From: a virus
Reading direction: 5' to 3' (one strand)
IMG/VR virus record: IMGVR_UViG_3300032050_000010
Length of the DNA stretch: 64,000 bases
How positions within the stretch are numbered: position 1 is the first letter of the stretch; each line of letters starts with the position of its first letter. Positions 31,316 to 41,005 of the stretch are shown here, in pieces. The translations under genes were made by a program, and so were the position numbers. The notes under the pieces were generated by a model. The model was given only the letters and a program-made list of their open reading frames with translations. It ran no database searches and was not told the DNA's origin.

Positions 31316-31899
31316 GCACCGACAATCTCGAAAGTAACTACAATGTCTTCCGCAAGCTGACGCAGAAGTGCGGCAGTAGATCAGATGCACTTCTTAAACT
31401 GGTCGACGACCTTGGAGAGCGTCTTGTCGTCTGTCCTGGGCACGATCGCAGGGAGAAGTCAACAGCAAAGCCGGGCGGGCTCATCGAGCACAGCCTCAAT
31501 GTCGTCAAGACGATGCGAGCGCTGGAGAGCTCATCAACATTCGGCGTCGATCCTGAGAGCATGTTGATTGTCGGGCTGTTCCATGACATCGGTCGTGTGG
31601 GCGACATGACGTCAGACTACTATCTCACACAGACGTCAGACTGGCACCGTAACAAGGCAGGCATCCTCTACGTCTATAACCCTGAACTGCCCAAGATGCC
31701 CCACAGTCATCGATCACTCGCACTGCTGCAATCAGCAGGAGTGGCCCTAACAACAGACGAGTGGATTGCAATCTCAACAGCTCAGGGCCCAGCGCTTGAC
31801 GAGAATAAGTTCTACAATGGCGGAGAGACACCGCTCACGATGCTCACACAGACAGCAGTTCGGATAATCTCGCAGAAGGAAAAGGTGGGAGATAGTTAG
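31312..31899 (+). CDS. HD-domain phosphohydrolase
   Basis: GGLIEHSLNV...GLFHDIGRVG; coupled to PolA-like gene. Confidence 0.8.
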   Translation: MSTDNLESNYNVFRKLTQKCGSRSDALLKLVDDLGERLVVCPGHDRREKSTAKPGGLIEHSLNVVKTMRALESSSTFGVDPESMLIVGLFHDIGRVGDMTSDYYLTQTSDWHRNKAGILYVYNPELPKMPHSHRSLALLQSAGVALTTDEWIAISTAQGPALDENKFYNGGETPLTMLTQTAVRIISQKEKVGDS

Positions 31900-31903
31900 T
31901 AGT

Positions 31904-32449
31904 GTGAGTAAGACGCAAGAGCCCAAATCAGGTTGGTATTCCGGTCGCACAACGGGTGTCCCCGTAGCTGGTGCTATCGGAGGCGGGGACGACTTCGCGC
32001 AGAGAATAGCCAAGCCATATATACCAGGGCGTCCCTCACAGGGTGGTATGAGCACAAGTGCTGATACCACCTTTTCGATTTCGATGGGAAACACCGTACC
32101 AGATCCGCAGGACGATGGATTGGACGGGCTCAACATCGACAGCATCAACACCAGCAAGCTGGCAGGACCACGGAGGCTTCCACGGTGGTTTAAGTTGAAA
32201 AAGAAGCAGTACTTCCAGCGTCCGCTCAGCGAGATGATCACGGATGACATCGACCTCGAGAAGCACGAGGAGCTCGAGGCAGACCTGGAAGAGATCTCAG
32301 GGGTCGGCGCGATCGCGGGATACGTCGAGCCACTCCACGGCCCGGGTGGGCCTGCACAAAGCCGCCGCAAGTTCTACGACAGGATGGCGAAGCCCTATGG
32401 CGCAAAATATTTGCAGGACCCACTGAAAACAGCAAAAGGTAGGCCATAA
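31904..32449 (+). CDS. Hypothetical protein, possibly late/virion
   Basis: ATAGTTA upstream; LEEISGVGAIAGY motif. Confidence 0.55.
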   Translation: MSKTQEPKSGWYSGRTTGVPVAGAIGGGDDFAQRIAKPYIPGRPSQGGMSTSADTTFSISMGNTVPDPQDDGLDGLNIDSINTSKLAGPRRLPRWFKLKKKQYFQRPLSEMITDDIDLEKHEELEADLEEISGVGAIAGYVEPLHGPGGPAQSRRKFYDRMAKPYGAKYLQDPLKTAKGRP

Positions 32450-32478
32450 TTATAAAATGAAGCGTGGGTTCGTACGAT
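32450..32478 (+). promoter_or_regulatory. Sigma70-like promoter of SSB gene
   Basis: TTATAA-N17-TACGAT. Confidence 0.5.
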
Positions 32479-32517
32479 ACCTTCGCTTCCCTTCTACGAA
32501 AAAGAACTCTCTTTCTT

Positions 32518-32550
32518 TTAGAAGTTAAGCATTAACCATTAAACGTTAGG
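32518..32550 (+). promoter_or_regulatory. Putative translational operator of gp32-like gene (7-nt periodic TTA repeat)
   Basis: TTA(A/G) at 32518, 32525, 32532, 32539 and 32546, the last overlapping the RBS. Confidence 0.5.
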
Positions 32551-32560
32551 ACATCACAAC

Positions 32561-33391
32561 ATGGGTATCAACTTCGACGCACTGCGTAAGCGTCTCGACA
32601 ATCTGTCTGGCAATAACAAGAAGAGCAACGCCTCCTGGAAGCCCAAGGAGGGTGAGGAGTACACGGTTCGCCTCCTCTCTTTCCCAAACAACGAGGGCCA
32701 GCCCTTCAAGGAGCTCTGGTTCTACTACAACATCGGCAACAACCCAGGCCTCCTCGCGCCCTACCAGTACGGCAAGCAGGATCCCATCCAAGATCTGATC
32801 AACAAGCTTCGCGATGAGGGGACGAAGGAGAGCTACGAGCTTGCAAAGAAGCTCTACCCGAAGATGCGTTGCTACGCTCCCGTCGTCGTTCGCGGCGAGG
32901 AGGAGAAGGGTGTGCAGATCTGGGCGTTCGGCAAGCAGGTCTACCAGTCGCTCCTCGGCATCATGCTCGACGAGGACTACGGTGACATCACTGATCCAGA
33001 GACCGGTCGCGACGTAAAGGTGAAGTGCTTCAAGCCACCCGGTAAGAAGTACTCTGAGACCGAGGTCATGCCTCGCGGTAAGTCTTCAAACCTCACCACC
33101 AACGCAGCAACTGCCAAGCAGTGGCTTAGCAACATCCCCGATGTGGGCTCGATGTTCGAGCTCAAGTCCAGCGACGAGCTCACGAAGATCGTCAACGACT
33201 GGATCAACGGTGGCATGCAGGATGGTGATGGCACCCCTCGCGGCGGTCCAGCAGCGACCGATGACGATGACACTCCTGCAGCAACCCAGAAGACGTCTGC
33301 TGTCCAGAACACTACGACCTCGACGACCAAGAAGACGGGAGGCAACTACTCCTCGATCGACGACGCCTTCGAAGATCTAATGGGCAACTGA
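32561..33391 (+). CDS. gp32: Single-stranded DNA-binding protein, gp32-like
   Basis: WKP...VRLL, VVRGEEEKGVQIWAFGK, DITDPETGRD, acidic tail IDDAFEDLM. Confidence 0.88.
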   Translation: MGINFDALRKRLDNLSGNNKKSNASWKPKEGEEYTVRLLSFPNNEGQPFKELWFYYNIGNNPGLLAPYQYGKQDPIQDLINKLRDEGTKESYELAKKLYPKMRCYAPVVVRGEEEKGVQIWAFGKQVYQSLLGIMLDEDYGDITDPETGRDVKVKCFKPPGKKYSETEVMPRGKSSNLTTNAATAKQWLSNIPDVGSMFELKSSDELTKIVNDWINGGMQDGDGTPRGGPAATDDDDTPAATQKTSAVQNTTTSTTKKTGGNYSSIDDAFEDLMGN

Positions 33392-33410
33392 CCTAACTAG
33401 GTCATCTGAG

Positions 33411-33450
33411 CAGGACGTGAGTTGTAATCTGGCTCACGTCCTGTTATAGT
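33411..33450 (+). promoter_or_regulatory. 11-bp inverted repeat overlapping a sigma70-like promoter before uvsX
   Basis: CAGGACGTGAG (33411-21) and CTCACGTCCTG (33433-43); TTGTAA(33422)-N17-TATAGT(33445). Confidence 0.55.
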
Positions 33451-33467
33451 ATTTGTAGAGGACAAAA

Positions 33468-34622
33468 ATGGCAAGACAAGCAAAAGAACGCAGGAGTGAT
33501 GACGGTGCAAGCGGTGATTTTACTGCTGAGCTGATCACATCACTCAATAAAGAGAACGGCTCGCGCATCGCTTACAACCTGGCGGAGGATGAGTCGCCCA
33601 CCCATGTCAAGCGGTGGGTCTCGACAGGATCAACGCTGCTCGACTACATTGTTGCAAATCGACGTAGCGGTGGCCTCCCAGAAGGTCGTATCGTTGAGAT
33701 CTTTGGCCCGCCGTCGATCGGCAAGAGCCACATTGCAACCCAGATCGCTCGCTCAACCCAGCAGATGGGTGGCATCTGCGTCTACATTGACACGGAGAAT
33801 GCAACATCGGTCGAGAACCTCCAGGCGCTGGGCGTGGATGTCACACGTCGATTTGTCTACGTTGACACGCACTGCACTGAAGAGGTGTTTGACGTCGCCG
33901 AGAAGACGATCTTGAAGGCGAAGGCGATGCAGCGTGATGTCCCGATCACCATCATCTGGGACAGTGTTGCAGCGTCGTCACCGAAGGCAGAGCTGTTGGG
34001 TGACTATGACAAGGACAGCATCGGTCTGCAGGCTCGAGCGATCTCAAAGGGCATGCGTAAGATCACAGGCGTCATCGGTGACCAGAGCGTGCTGATGGTC
34101 TGTCTTAATCAGACACGCACAAAGATCGGCGTCATGCATGGCGATCCTACAACTGTCCCAGGCGGCATGGCAATTCCATTCCACGCATCAGTTCGTCTCA
34201 AGCTAGGCGCGGGGCAGCAGATCCAGAACAAGAACGGTGATGTTGTCGGTATCCACGTTTCAGCCAAGACAGTGAAGAACAAGGTGTCACCACCCTTCAG
34301 GACAGCAAACTTCCAGATCCACTTCGGCAAGGGTATCATTGAGCACGAGGAGATCTTTGATGAGCTCCGTGATGCTGGTGAACGTCAAGTCGGCAAGCAT
34401 ATCATCTGTGTGTCTGGTGATGGTGCATGGAAGGTCTTCACGGTAACCGACGTCGAGAGAGGCGTCACAGTCATCGAGAAGAAGTTCCACAAGGCAGAGT
34501 TCGGCGAGCTACTCAGTCACCCGGAATATAAGACTTTCCTCGATGATCTGATCGAGGCGGTGATGGTGCGTACACGCAACGACTCAGACTTGACTGACGC
34601 GGCTGCTGAGGACAATGAGTGA
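33468..34622 (+). CDS. recA: RecA/UvsX recombinase
   Basis: STGSTLLD, GRIVEIFGPPSIGKS, YIDTENA, IIWDSVAA, NQTR, PGGMAIPFHASVRL, KNKVSPPFR. Confidence 0.95.
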   Translation: MARQAKERRSDDGASGDFTAELITSLNKENGSRIAYNLAEDESPTHVKRWVSTGSTLLDYIVANRRSGGLPEGRIVEIFGPPSIGKSHIATQIARSTQQMGGICVYIDTENATSVENLQALGVDVTRRFVYVDTHCTEEVFDVAEKTILKAKAMQRDVPITIIWDSVAASSPKAELLGDYDKDSIGLQARAISKGMRKITGVIGDQSVLMVCLNQTRTKIGVMHGDPTTVPGGMAIPFHASVRLKLGAGQQIQNKNGDVVGIHVSAKTVKNKVSPPFRTANFQIHFGKGIIEHEEIFDELRDAGERQVGKHIICVSGDGAWKVFTVTDVERGVTVIEKKFHKAEFGELLSHPEYKTFLDDLIEAVMVRTRNDSDLTDAAAEDNE

Positions 34623-35586
34623 TCTGAACCGATCACAGACTGTCCTGCTTGTGGATGCGATGGGGTTGTACTTGAGACACTTCGTCGCCCATCCAGCAAT
34701 GGGTAAGGACGGCCGGCACGTAGGTGGGATTGTGGGCTTTCTCCTCGATCTAAAGCGGATCGTGGAGCGCTTTAAGCCCAATCCCATCTACGTCGTCTGG
34801 GAGGGTGGTGGATCACCTCGTCGAAGAGCGATCTATAAAGACTACAAGAGCCATCGACGCCCCGAGCGGTTGAATAGGTTCTACGAGAATGATATCCCAA
34901 ATACTGTCTCCGATCGAGACAACCAGATTAAGACACTGGTGCGGCTGCTAAAGCTAACACCAATATGTCAGATCTATGTGCCTGACTGTGAGGCAGATGA
35001 TGTCATCGGTTACATGTCACGATACCACTGCAAGGATGCGCTGAAGATCATCTTATCGGCTGACAAAGATTACTACCAGTTGATCTCTGAGGGATCGATC
35101 ATCTACTCACCCACCTGGAAGAAGCTGGTGCAGGAGCAGGATGTTCTCGAGAGGTTCGGCGTCCATCCTGTCAACTTCTCAGTTGCCAAAGCGATCTGCG
35201 GTGACGACTCAGACAACATACCAGGTGTCGACGGTGTAGGGTTCAAGACACTGGCTAAGCGTTTTCCAAGTCTGTCGCAGACGAATGAAGTCACAGTGCA
35301 GGATATTCTGCAGGAAGCGAGAGCAAAAGTTGATAGCGGTTCCAAGGTGCAAGCCTACCAGCACATTGCAGAGAATGAGATCCTCATCAACCGAAACTTC
35401 TCGCTTGTTCACTTAGATACAGCGAACTTGGCTGCTTACCAGATCGATAGGATCAACGGGATCTGTGATACTTTTAAGCCTACACGCAATAAGATAGAGT
35501 TCATAAGGGCCCTCATTCACGAAGGCATCCAGACGTTCAACGTCGACCAATTCTTCCTAGCCCTCTCACACATCCAGACAGGATAA
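34615..35586 (+). CDS. 5'-3' exonuclease/flap endonuclease (T4 RNase H-like)
   Basis: LLVDAM, YKSHR, EADDVIG, SADKDYYQL, GDDSDNIPGVDGVGFKT. Confidence 0.93.
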   Translation: MSDLNRSQTVLLVDAMGLYLRHFVAHPAMGKDGRHVGGIVGFLLDLKRIVERFKPNPIYVVWEGGGSPRRRAIYKDYKSHRRPERLNRFYENDIPNTVSDRDNQIKTLVRLLKLTPICQIYVPDCEADDVIGYMSRYHCKDALKIILSADKDYYQLISEGSIIYSPTWKKLVQEQDVLERFGVHPVNFSVAKAICGDDSDNIPGVDGVGFKTLAKRFPSLSQTNEVTVQDILQEARAKVDSGSKVQAYQHIAENEILINRNFSLVHLDTANLAAYQIDRINGICDTFKPTRNKIEFIRALIHEGIQTFNVDQFFLALSHIQTG

Positions 35587-35587
35587 A

Positions 35588-36955
35588 ATGCACGATCCGC
35601 ACTTTAAACAGTACGGTAAGCAGTTCCAGGAGAAGATTTTCCAAGGACTGCTGACTGACCGATCTTGGGCGACTCAAATGATTGAGATCATGTCGCCTAC
35701 CTTCTTTGAGCTGAAGTATCTGCAGTTCCTCACACAGCGGTACTTTGACTACTATCAGAAGTACAAGGACTTTCCAACACTTAGTCTTCTTGTCACAATT
35801 ATTCGTGACGACCTGAAGGAAGGCAAGGACATTGTCCTCCGCGACCAGATCGTTGAGTTCCTCCAGCGCATTCGCGTCAACCCAGACATGGGCGATGTGC
35901 AGTACGTCAAGGATAAGACGCTTGACTTCTGCAAGAAGCAGGCGATGAAGGAGGCGTTGGAGAAAGCTGTCGAGATGATTGCGACAGACAATCTCGACTC
36001 CGTCATGGACCTGATGAAGAATGCTCTGTCAGCAGGCACACCAGCTGCAATTGGTCATGACTTCTTTGAAGACACAGAGGCACGATTCATCAGGACACGT
36101 CGTCTCACATGTCCAACTGGACTGCCACAGATTGATGCTCAGGATGTTCTCAATGGTGGCCTGGGTCGAGGAGAGCTCGGTGTAGTTATCGCACCGACAG
36201 GCGTGGGTAAGTCACACTTCCTTGTGCAAATGGGCGCGGAGGCTTTACGTGTCGGTAAGAATGTCGTTCACTATACCTTTGAGCTATCTGAAACTGCTGT
36301 TGGTCTACGTTATGACTCTAATCTCTGCGGCATTCCAAGCAGTGATGTCATAGACAGAAAAGAAGAAGTCATCGAATTCTACAAGAACAACTCGCTTGGC
36401 CGTCTAATTATCAAAGAGTATCCAACAGGCACGCCGTCTGTTCAGACACTTAGAAATCACATTGAGAAGCTTCTTCTGAAGTCGTTCGTTCCCAGTGTGA
36501 TCATCATCGACTACGCAGACATCATGAAGTCATCACGTAAATTCGATTCGCTTCGACACGAATTAAAGCTCGTCTATGAAGAGCTTCGTAATCTGTCCAT
36601 GGATCTCAATGTTCCAATCTGGACAGCATCTCAGGCAAATCGTGAAGCTTCTAACTCAGAAGTTGTAGGTCTTGAGAATATGTCGGAAGCATACGGCAAG
36701 GCGATGGTTGCTGACGTTGTGCTCTCAATCTCTCGAAAGCCCAATGAAAAGGCAACAGGCGCTGGGCGTATCTTCGTCGCAAAGAATCGAGCTGGTCGAG
36801 ATGGAATGCTCTACCCAATGAGGATCGACACATCAATGTCTAAGTTCGAGCTGATGGACACAAATGAGATGTCTGTTGACGATGTTGTCAAAGCTGACGG
36901 CTCTAGCATGAAGAAGCTTCTCAAAGAGAAGTGGGAAGAGATTAACGGTAAGTGA
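35588..36955 (+). CDS. Replicative DnaB-family helicase, gp41-like
   Basis: APTGVGKS, YTFELSE, IIDYADIM, WTASQANR, KNRAG. Confidence 0.93.
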   Translation: MHDPHFKQYGKQFQEKIFQGLLTDRSWATQMIEIMSPTFFELKYLQFLTQRYFDYYQKYKDFPTLSLLVTIIRDDLKEGKDIVLRDQIVEFLQRIRVNPDMGDVQYVKDKTLDFCKKQAMKEALEKAVEMIATDNLDSVMDLMKNALSAGTPAAIGHDFFEDTEARFIRTRRLTCPTGLPQIDAQDVLNGGLGRGELGVVIAPTGVGKSHFLVQMGAEALRVGKNVVHYTFELSETAVGLRYDSNLCGIPSSDVIDRKEEVIEFYKNNSLGRLIIKEYPTGTPSVQTLRNHIEKLLLKSFVPSVIIIDYADIMKSSRKFDSLRHELKLVYEELRNLSMDLNVPIWTASQANREASNSEVVGLENMSEAYGKAMVADVVLSISRKPNEKATGAGRIFVAKNRAGRDGMLYPMRIDTSMSKFELMDTNEMSVDDVVKADGSSMKKLLKEKWEEINGK

Positions 36956-36986
36956 TCGACATGTATTGTAATGAAAGGAGTCAGGA

Positions 36987-39461
36987 ATGTCTTTAAATCA
37001 GAGTGTTGCGGAATACTTCAGGGGCGACGATCTCGCTGCTGACGTCTTCAACAAGTACGCCTTGCGCGATAATGCGGGCAATAGGATCGAGCATCTTCCT
37101 ACAGAGACGTTCCGACGTCTCGCTAAGGAGTTTGCCCGGATCGAGGCAAAGTATCCCAACCCAATGTCTGAGGAGGAGATCTTCGATCTTCTTGACGGCT
37201 TCAAGCAGGTCGTCCCACAGGGTTCACCCCTATCAGGTATTGGAAACCACTACCAACACCAGAGCCTGTCGAACTGCTTTGTTGTCGACCAGCCTCATGA
37301 TAGCTACGCCGGCATCCTCTTCACAGACCAGGAGCAGGTTCAGATCATGAAGCGCCGTGGAGGAGTGGGATTTGACATCTCCACTATCCGCCCCAAGGGC
37401 CAGCCGACCTCAAACGCTGCCCGAACCACAGACGGTATCGGTGTCTTCATGGAGAGGTTCTCGAACTCCTGCCGTGAAGTTGCTCAGGGCGGTCGACGTG
37501 GTGCGCTCATGCTCACGATCGACTGTCGCCACCCAGAGATTGAGACCTTCATCGATATCAAGCGTGACCTGAAGAAGGTGACCGGTGCCAACATCTCAAT
37601 TCGTTTCAACGACGAGTTCATGCGTGCAGTCGAGAGTGGTTCTGACTTTACGCTTCGCTGGCCCGTCGAGGCTCCCGTTGAGGAAGCACAGATCACCAAG
37701 ACGATCAATGCAAAGCAGGTCTGGGACAAGTTCATCGATGCAGCCTGGGCATCAGCTGAGCCAGGTGCTCTTTTCTGGGACACGGTAGTGAACCAGGGCA
37801 TCGTGGATTGCTATCGAGATGTAGGTTACAAGACAATCTCCACCAATCCATGCGGTGAGATCCCACTCAGCCCATACGACTCCTGTCGACTGATGGTTGT
37901 CAATCTGACCACATTCGTCAATGACCCGTTCGGCTCGAACCCCACCTTCGACTTTGGTCGATTCAACACGATTGTCATGAAGGCACAGCGCCTCATGGAC
38001 GACCTGGTGGATCTCGAGGTGGAGTGCGTTGATCGGATCCTTGAGAAGATTGAGCGTGATCCACAGCCTGAGCATGTCAAGCGAGTGGAGCGCGATCTTT
38101 GGAACAAGATCCGTGCTGCAGGTCTCAACGGACGCAGAACTGGCCTCGGCGTGACGGGTCTGGGTGACACTCTTGCTGCTCTGAACATTCAGTACGGTAG
38201 CAAGTGCTCGATCGAAGTGACCGAGGAGATCTACAAGGCTCTCGCCGCCGGTGCACATCGTTCCTCTCTCATCATGGCAAAGGAGCGCGGTGCATTCCCG
38301 GTTTGGGACTACCAGAAGGAGAAGAACCACGACTACCTACAGAAGGTGATCAACACATGCAACGGTGAATACCACAACATGTGGGAGACAACTGGCCGAC
38401 GCAACATTGCGCTCACTACGACTGCTCCTGTCGGTTCCATCTCCTGCCTCACGCAGACAACGAGCGGCATTGAGCCTGCCTTCCTCCTCTCCTACAAGCG
38501 CCGTCGCAAGATCACGCAGGGCGACACGAAGACCGTGCCTGACTTTGTCGACCAGATGGGTGACAAGTGGCAGGAGTACACTGTCTACCACCACTGGTTC
38601 AAGAAGTGGATGGACGTCACTGGCAAGACTGACCCACAGGAGAGCCCATACTGGGGCGGCACGGCAAATGACATTGACTGGGTGAAGTCGGTCGACATCC
38701 AGGCAGCAGCTCAGCGATGGATCGACCACAGCATCAGCAAGACCTGCAACCTTCCAAACTCTGCAACTCGTGAGACAGTCAACGACGTCTACATGCGTGC
38801 ATGGAAGGAGGGTTGCAAGGGCTTTACGGTCTATCGTGATGGCTGCCGCACTGGTGTCCTCATCTCCACAGAGGAGAAGAAAGAGGCACCCAAGACAGCA
38901 GCAGACTTCCACCCAAAGCGTCCCAAGGAGCTCCCCTGCGACATTCACCGCGTCAACATCAAGGATGAGAGTGGTAAGTCACAATCTTGGATGGTCCTTG
39001 TCGGTCTCAATGACGGTGTCCCGTATGAAGTCTTCAGCGGTCTTGCAGATCACATCGAGGTCCCCAAGAAGACCAAGAGTGGTGTTCTCATCAGGAACGG
39101 CAAGAAGGACGGCGTCGCCACATACAACCTCCGCGTTCCCGTTGGAAATGACGATGAGATCCTCTTCAAGGATGTTGTAAACCTATTCGCCAATCCGACG
39201 CAAGGTGCATTCACAAGGACGATCTCTCTGGCACTTCGGCACGGCATTCCGGTCAACTTCGTGGTGGATCAGCTCCAGAAGGACAAGGAGTCAGACATGT
39301 TCGCCTTCTCTCGGTGCGTCGCCCGCGTCCTTAAGGGTTACATCCCAGATGGTACAAAGTCCACGTCAGAGAAGAAGTGCAAGGAGTGCGGTAGCGACCA
39401 GGTCTTCTACATGGAAGGTTGCCTAACATGTAGCAGCTGCGGTGCCTCTAAGTGCTCTTGA
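36987..39461 (+). CDS. nrdJ: Class II (B12-dependent) ribonucleotide reductase with C-terminal TSCPD-like/Zn-ribbon region
   Basis: SNCFV, TNPCGEIPL, RRTGLGVTGLGD, TAPVGSIS, C-terminal CKEC...CSSC; no NrdB in window. Confidence 0.9.
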   Translation: MSLNQSVAEYFRGDDLAADVFNKYALRDNAGNRIEHLPTETFRRLAKEFARIEAKYPNPMSEEEIFDLLDGFKQVVPQGSPLSGIGNHYQHQSLSNCFVVDQPHDSYAGILFTDQEQVQIMKRRGGVGFDISTIRPKGQPTSNAARTTDGIGVFMERFSNSCREVAQGGRRGALMLTIDCRHPEIETFIDIKRDLKKVTGANISIRFNDEFMRAVESGSDFTLRWPVEAPVEEAQITKTINAKQVWDKFIDAAWASAEPGALFWDTVVNQGIVDCYRDVGYKTISTNPCGEIPLSPYDSCRLMVVNLTTFVNDPFGSNPTFDFGRFNTIVMKAQRLMDDLVDLEVECVDRILEKIERDPQPEHVKRVERDLWNKIRAAGLNGRRTGLGVTGLGDTLAALNIQYGSKCSIEVTEEIYKALAAGAHRSSLIMAKERGAFPVWDYQKEKNHDYLQKVINTCNGEYHNMWETTGRRNIALTTTAPVGSISCLTQTTSGIEPAFLLSYKRRRKITQGDTKTVPDFVDQMGDKWQEYTVYHHWFKKWMDVTGKTDPQESPYWGGTANDIDWVKSVDIQAAAQRWIDHSISKTCNLPNSATRETVNDVYMRAWKEGCKGFTVYRDGCRTGVLISTEEKKEAPKTAADFHPKRPKELPCDIHRVNIKDESGKSQSWMVLVGLNDGVPYEVFSGLADHIEVPKKTKSGVLIRNGKKDGVATYNLRVPVGNDDEILFKDVVNLFANPTQGAFTRTISLALRHGIPVNFVVDQLQKDKESDMFAFSRCVARVLKGYIPDGTKSTSEKKCKECGSDQVFYMEGCLTCSSCGASKCS

Positions 39462-39478
39462 TCTAAGAAGAGAACATT

Positions 39479-39507
39479 GAAAGGCTGCTTTCGGGCAGCC
39501 TTTCTTG
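39479..39507 (+). terminator. Terminator-like hairpin after nrdJ
   Basis: GAAAGGCTGCT-TTCG-GGCAGCCTTTC then TT. Confidence 0.75.
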
Positions 39508-39533
39508 TAAACAAACAACACAGGAGTTAAGAT
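39505..39533 (+). promoter_or_regulatory. Sigma70-like promoter
   Basis: TTGTAA-N17-TAAGAT, 6 nt before the clpP ATG. Confidence 0.5.
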
Positions 39534-39539
39534 AACTAC

Positions 39540-40142
39540 ATGAACATCATCACACGCGTATCCCCCCTCATTAAGGAGTGCGAACTCCGCGCTCCTCCCA
39601 TCGTCATCCGCGTCAATAAGTTTGATGAGGATGCAGCCAAGGAGTTCAATCAGCACATGTCGATCGCCCAGTCATCTGGCCAGAGTGTTATTCCAGTCGT
39701 CATTGACAGCTACGGCGGAGAGGTATACTCACTCATGACTATGATCGATGCGATCAAGTCATCACGTGTCCCAGTCGCAACCATCGTCGAGGGTAAGGCA
39801 ATGTCTTGCGGTGCTGTCCTGCTCACTTGCGGAGCACCCGGCATGCGCTATGCATCGCCCAATGCTACCATCATGATCCACGAGGTCGCAAGCGGCAATC
39901 GTGGCAAGGTCGAGGAGATCAAGGCCGACGCTAAGGAGACAGATCGTCTCAACGAGAAGATCCTCAAGATCATGGCACAGAACATCGGCAAGGATGAGGA
40001 TTACTTCCTCGACGAGATCCACACCAAGAAGCACGCTGACTGGTACCTCGAGCCCGAGGAAGCAAAAGAGATCGGCCTTGTTAACCATGTCAAAGTGCCA
40101 GAGATGATGTTAACTGTGGATGTGAAGTACAAGTTTGAGTAG
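39540..40142 (+). CDS. clpP: ClpP-family protease subunit
   Basis: IDSYGG, KAMSCG (Ser), MIHE (His), DWYLEPEEA (Asp). Confidence 0.88.
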   Translation: MNIITRVSPLIKECELRAPPIVIRVNKFDEDAAKEFNQHMSIAQSSGQSVIPVVIDSYGGEVYSLMTMIDAIKSSRVPVATIVEGKAMSCGAVLLTCGAPGMRYASPNATIMIHEVASGNRGKVEEIKADAKETDRLNEKILKIMAQNIGKDEDYFLDEIHTKKHADWYLEPEEAKEIGLVNHVKVPEMMLTVDVKYKFE

Positions 40143-40494
40143 AAGAGCTGAGATCTTTATAAAGGTTATTGCGTGGCGGATTGTATCCACCACGCTTAGC
40201 TTCTTTGTCATCTATCATTTTACAGGTAGCGTGGCGACAACAACGCACGCACTTGCAATCGGAACAAGCATAGGAATAGTGTCCCAGTGGCTGTTTGAGA
40301 TGACGTGGGACACGTTTATACGGAGCAGATTGAGACATGCCCTTTCAGGACAACAAGGTAGAATTGATCGGTTACTACGGTGGAGACGAGGCACACGCGA
40401 TGTCAGCGTGGACGAGCACCAGCAGGGATCTGACGGAGGAGAAGCGTGGAAGGATCCCAACTCTCCTGAAAATGCTGGCCGAGAATGGACATGA
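40135..40494 (+). CDS. Small membrane protein (DUF2061-like)
   Basis: KVIAWRIVST, two hydrophobic segments, FEMTW; 3' part overlaps thyX. Confidence 0.5.
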   Translation: MSRRAEIFIKVIAWRIVSTTLSFFVIYHFTGSVATTTHALAIGTSIGIVSQWLFEMTWDTFIRSRLRHALSGQQGRIDRLLRWRRGTRDVSVDEHQQGSDGGEAWKDPNSPENAGREWT

Positions 40495-41005
40495 GACACC
40501 CTTCGAGAAGTCAAGCCTGCACTTCCTGGTCACTGTCGATGCTGCAACTCACATCCATCTCCTGAAGCACAGGATCGGTGTCTCGATCAACGGCGAGTCA
40601 GCGCGGTACAAGGAACTTCGAGATGACAAGTATTACCTGCCGAAGGATTGGTCGCTCGAAGAGCAGGCGAAGTACATCGCCTTCATGGAGGACGCACTCA
40701 TGCGTTACCACGATGCTCTTGAACGCTTCGTCGAGGATGGCATGAGCCGCAAGCGTGCCAAGGAAAGTGCCCGGTTCTACCTGCCCTACGGCAACCAGAT
40801 CACGATGGACATCATGTTCAACTGGCGCTCCTTCCACCACTTCCTCGAGCTGCGGATGAAGCCAGATGCCCAGCGTGAAGTCCGTGAGTTATCAGAGCAG
40901 ATGCTCCAGCTTGTCCGTGACATTCCTGGTAACCCGTTCAAGCACACGCTAGAAGCGTTTGGTTATGTTGTAAAACCTAAAGAAATATTCTACCATAGTG
41001 TGTGA
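40337..41005 (+). CDS. thyX: Flavin-dependent thymidylate synthase (canonical)
   Basis: GHETPFE, KHRIGVSINGESARY, ESARFYLP, NWRSFHHFLELR, AQREVR. Confidence 0.93.
   Translation: MPFQDNKVELIGYYGGDEAHAMSAWTSTSRDLTEEKRGRIPTLLKMLAENGHETPFEKSSLHFLVTVDAATHIHLLKHRIGVSINGESARYKELRDDKYYLPKDWSLEEQAKYIAFMEDALMRYHDALERFVEDGMSRKRAKESARFYLPYGNQITMDIMFNWRSFHHFLELRMKPDAQREVRELSEQMLQLVRDIPGNPFKHTLEAFGYVVKPKEIFYHSV
40968..40996 (+). promoter_or_regulatory. Sigma70-like promoter for repair/nucleotide operon
   Basis: TTGTAA-N17-TACCAT just upstream of the MBD4-like gene. Confidence 0.5.
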
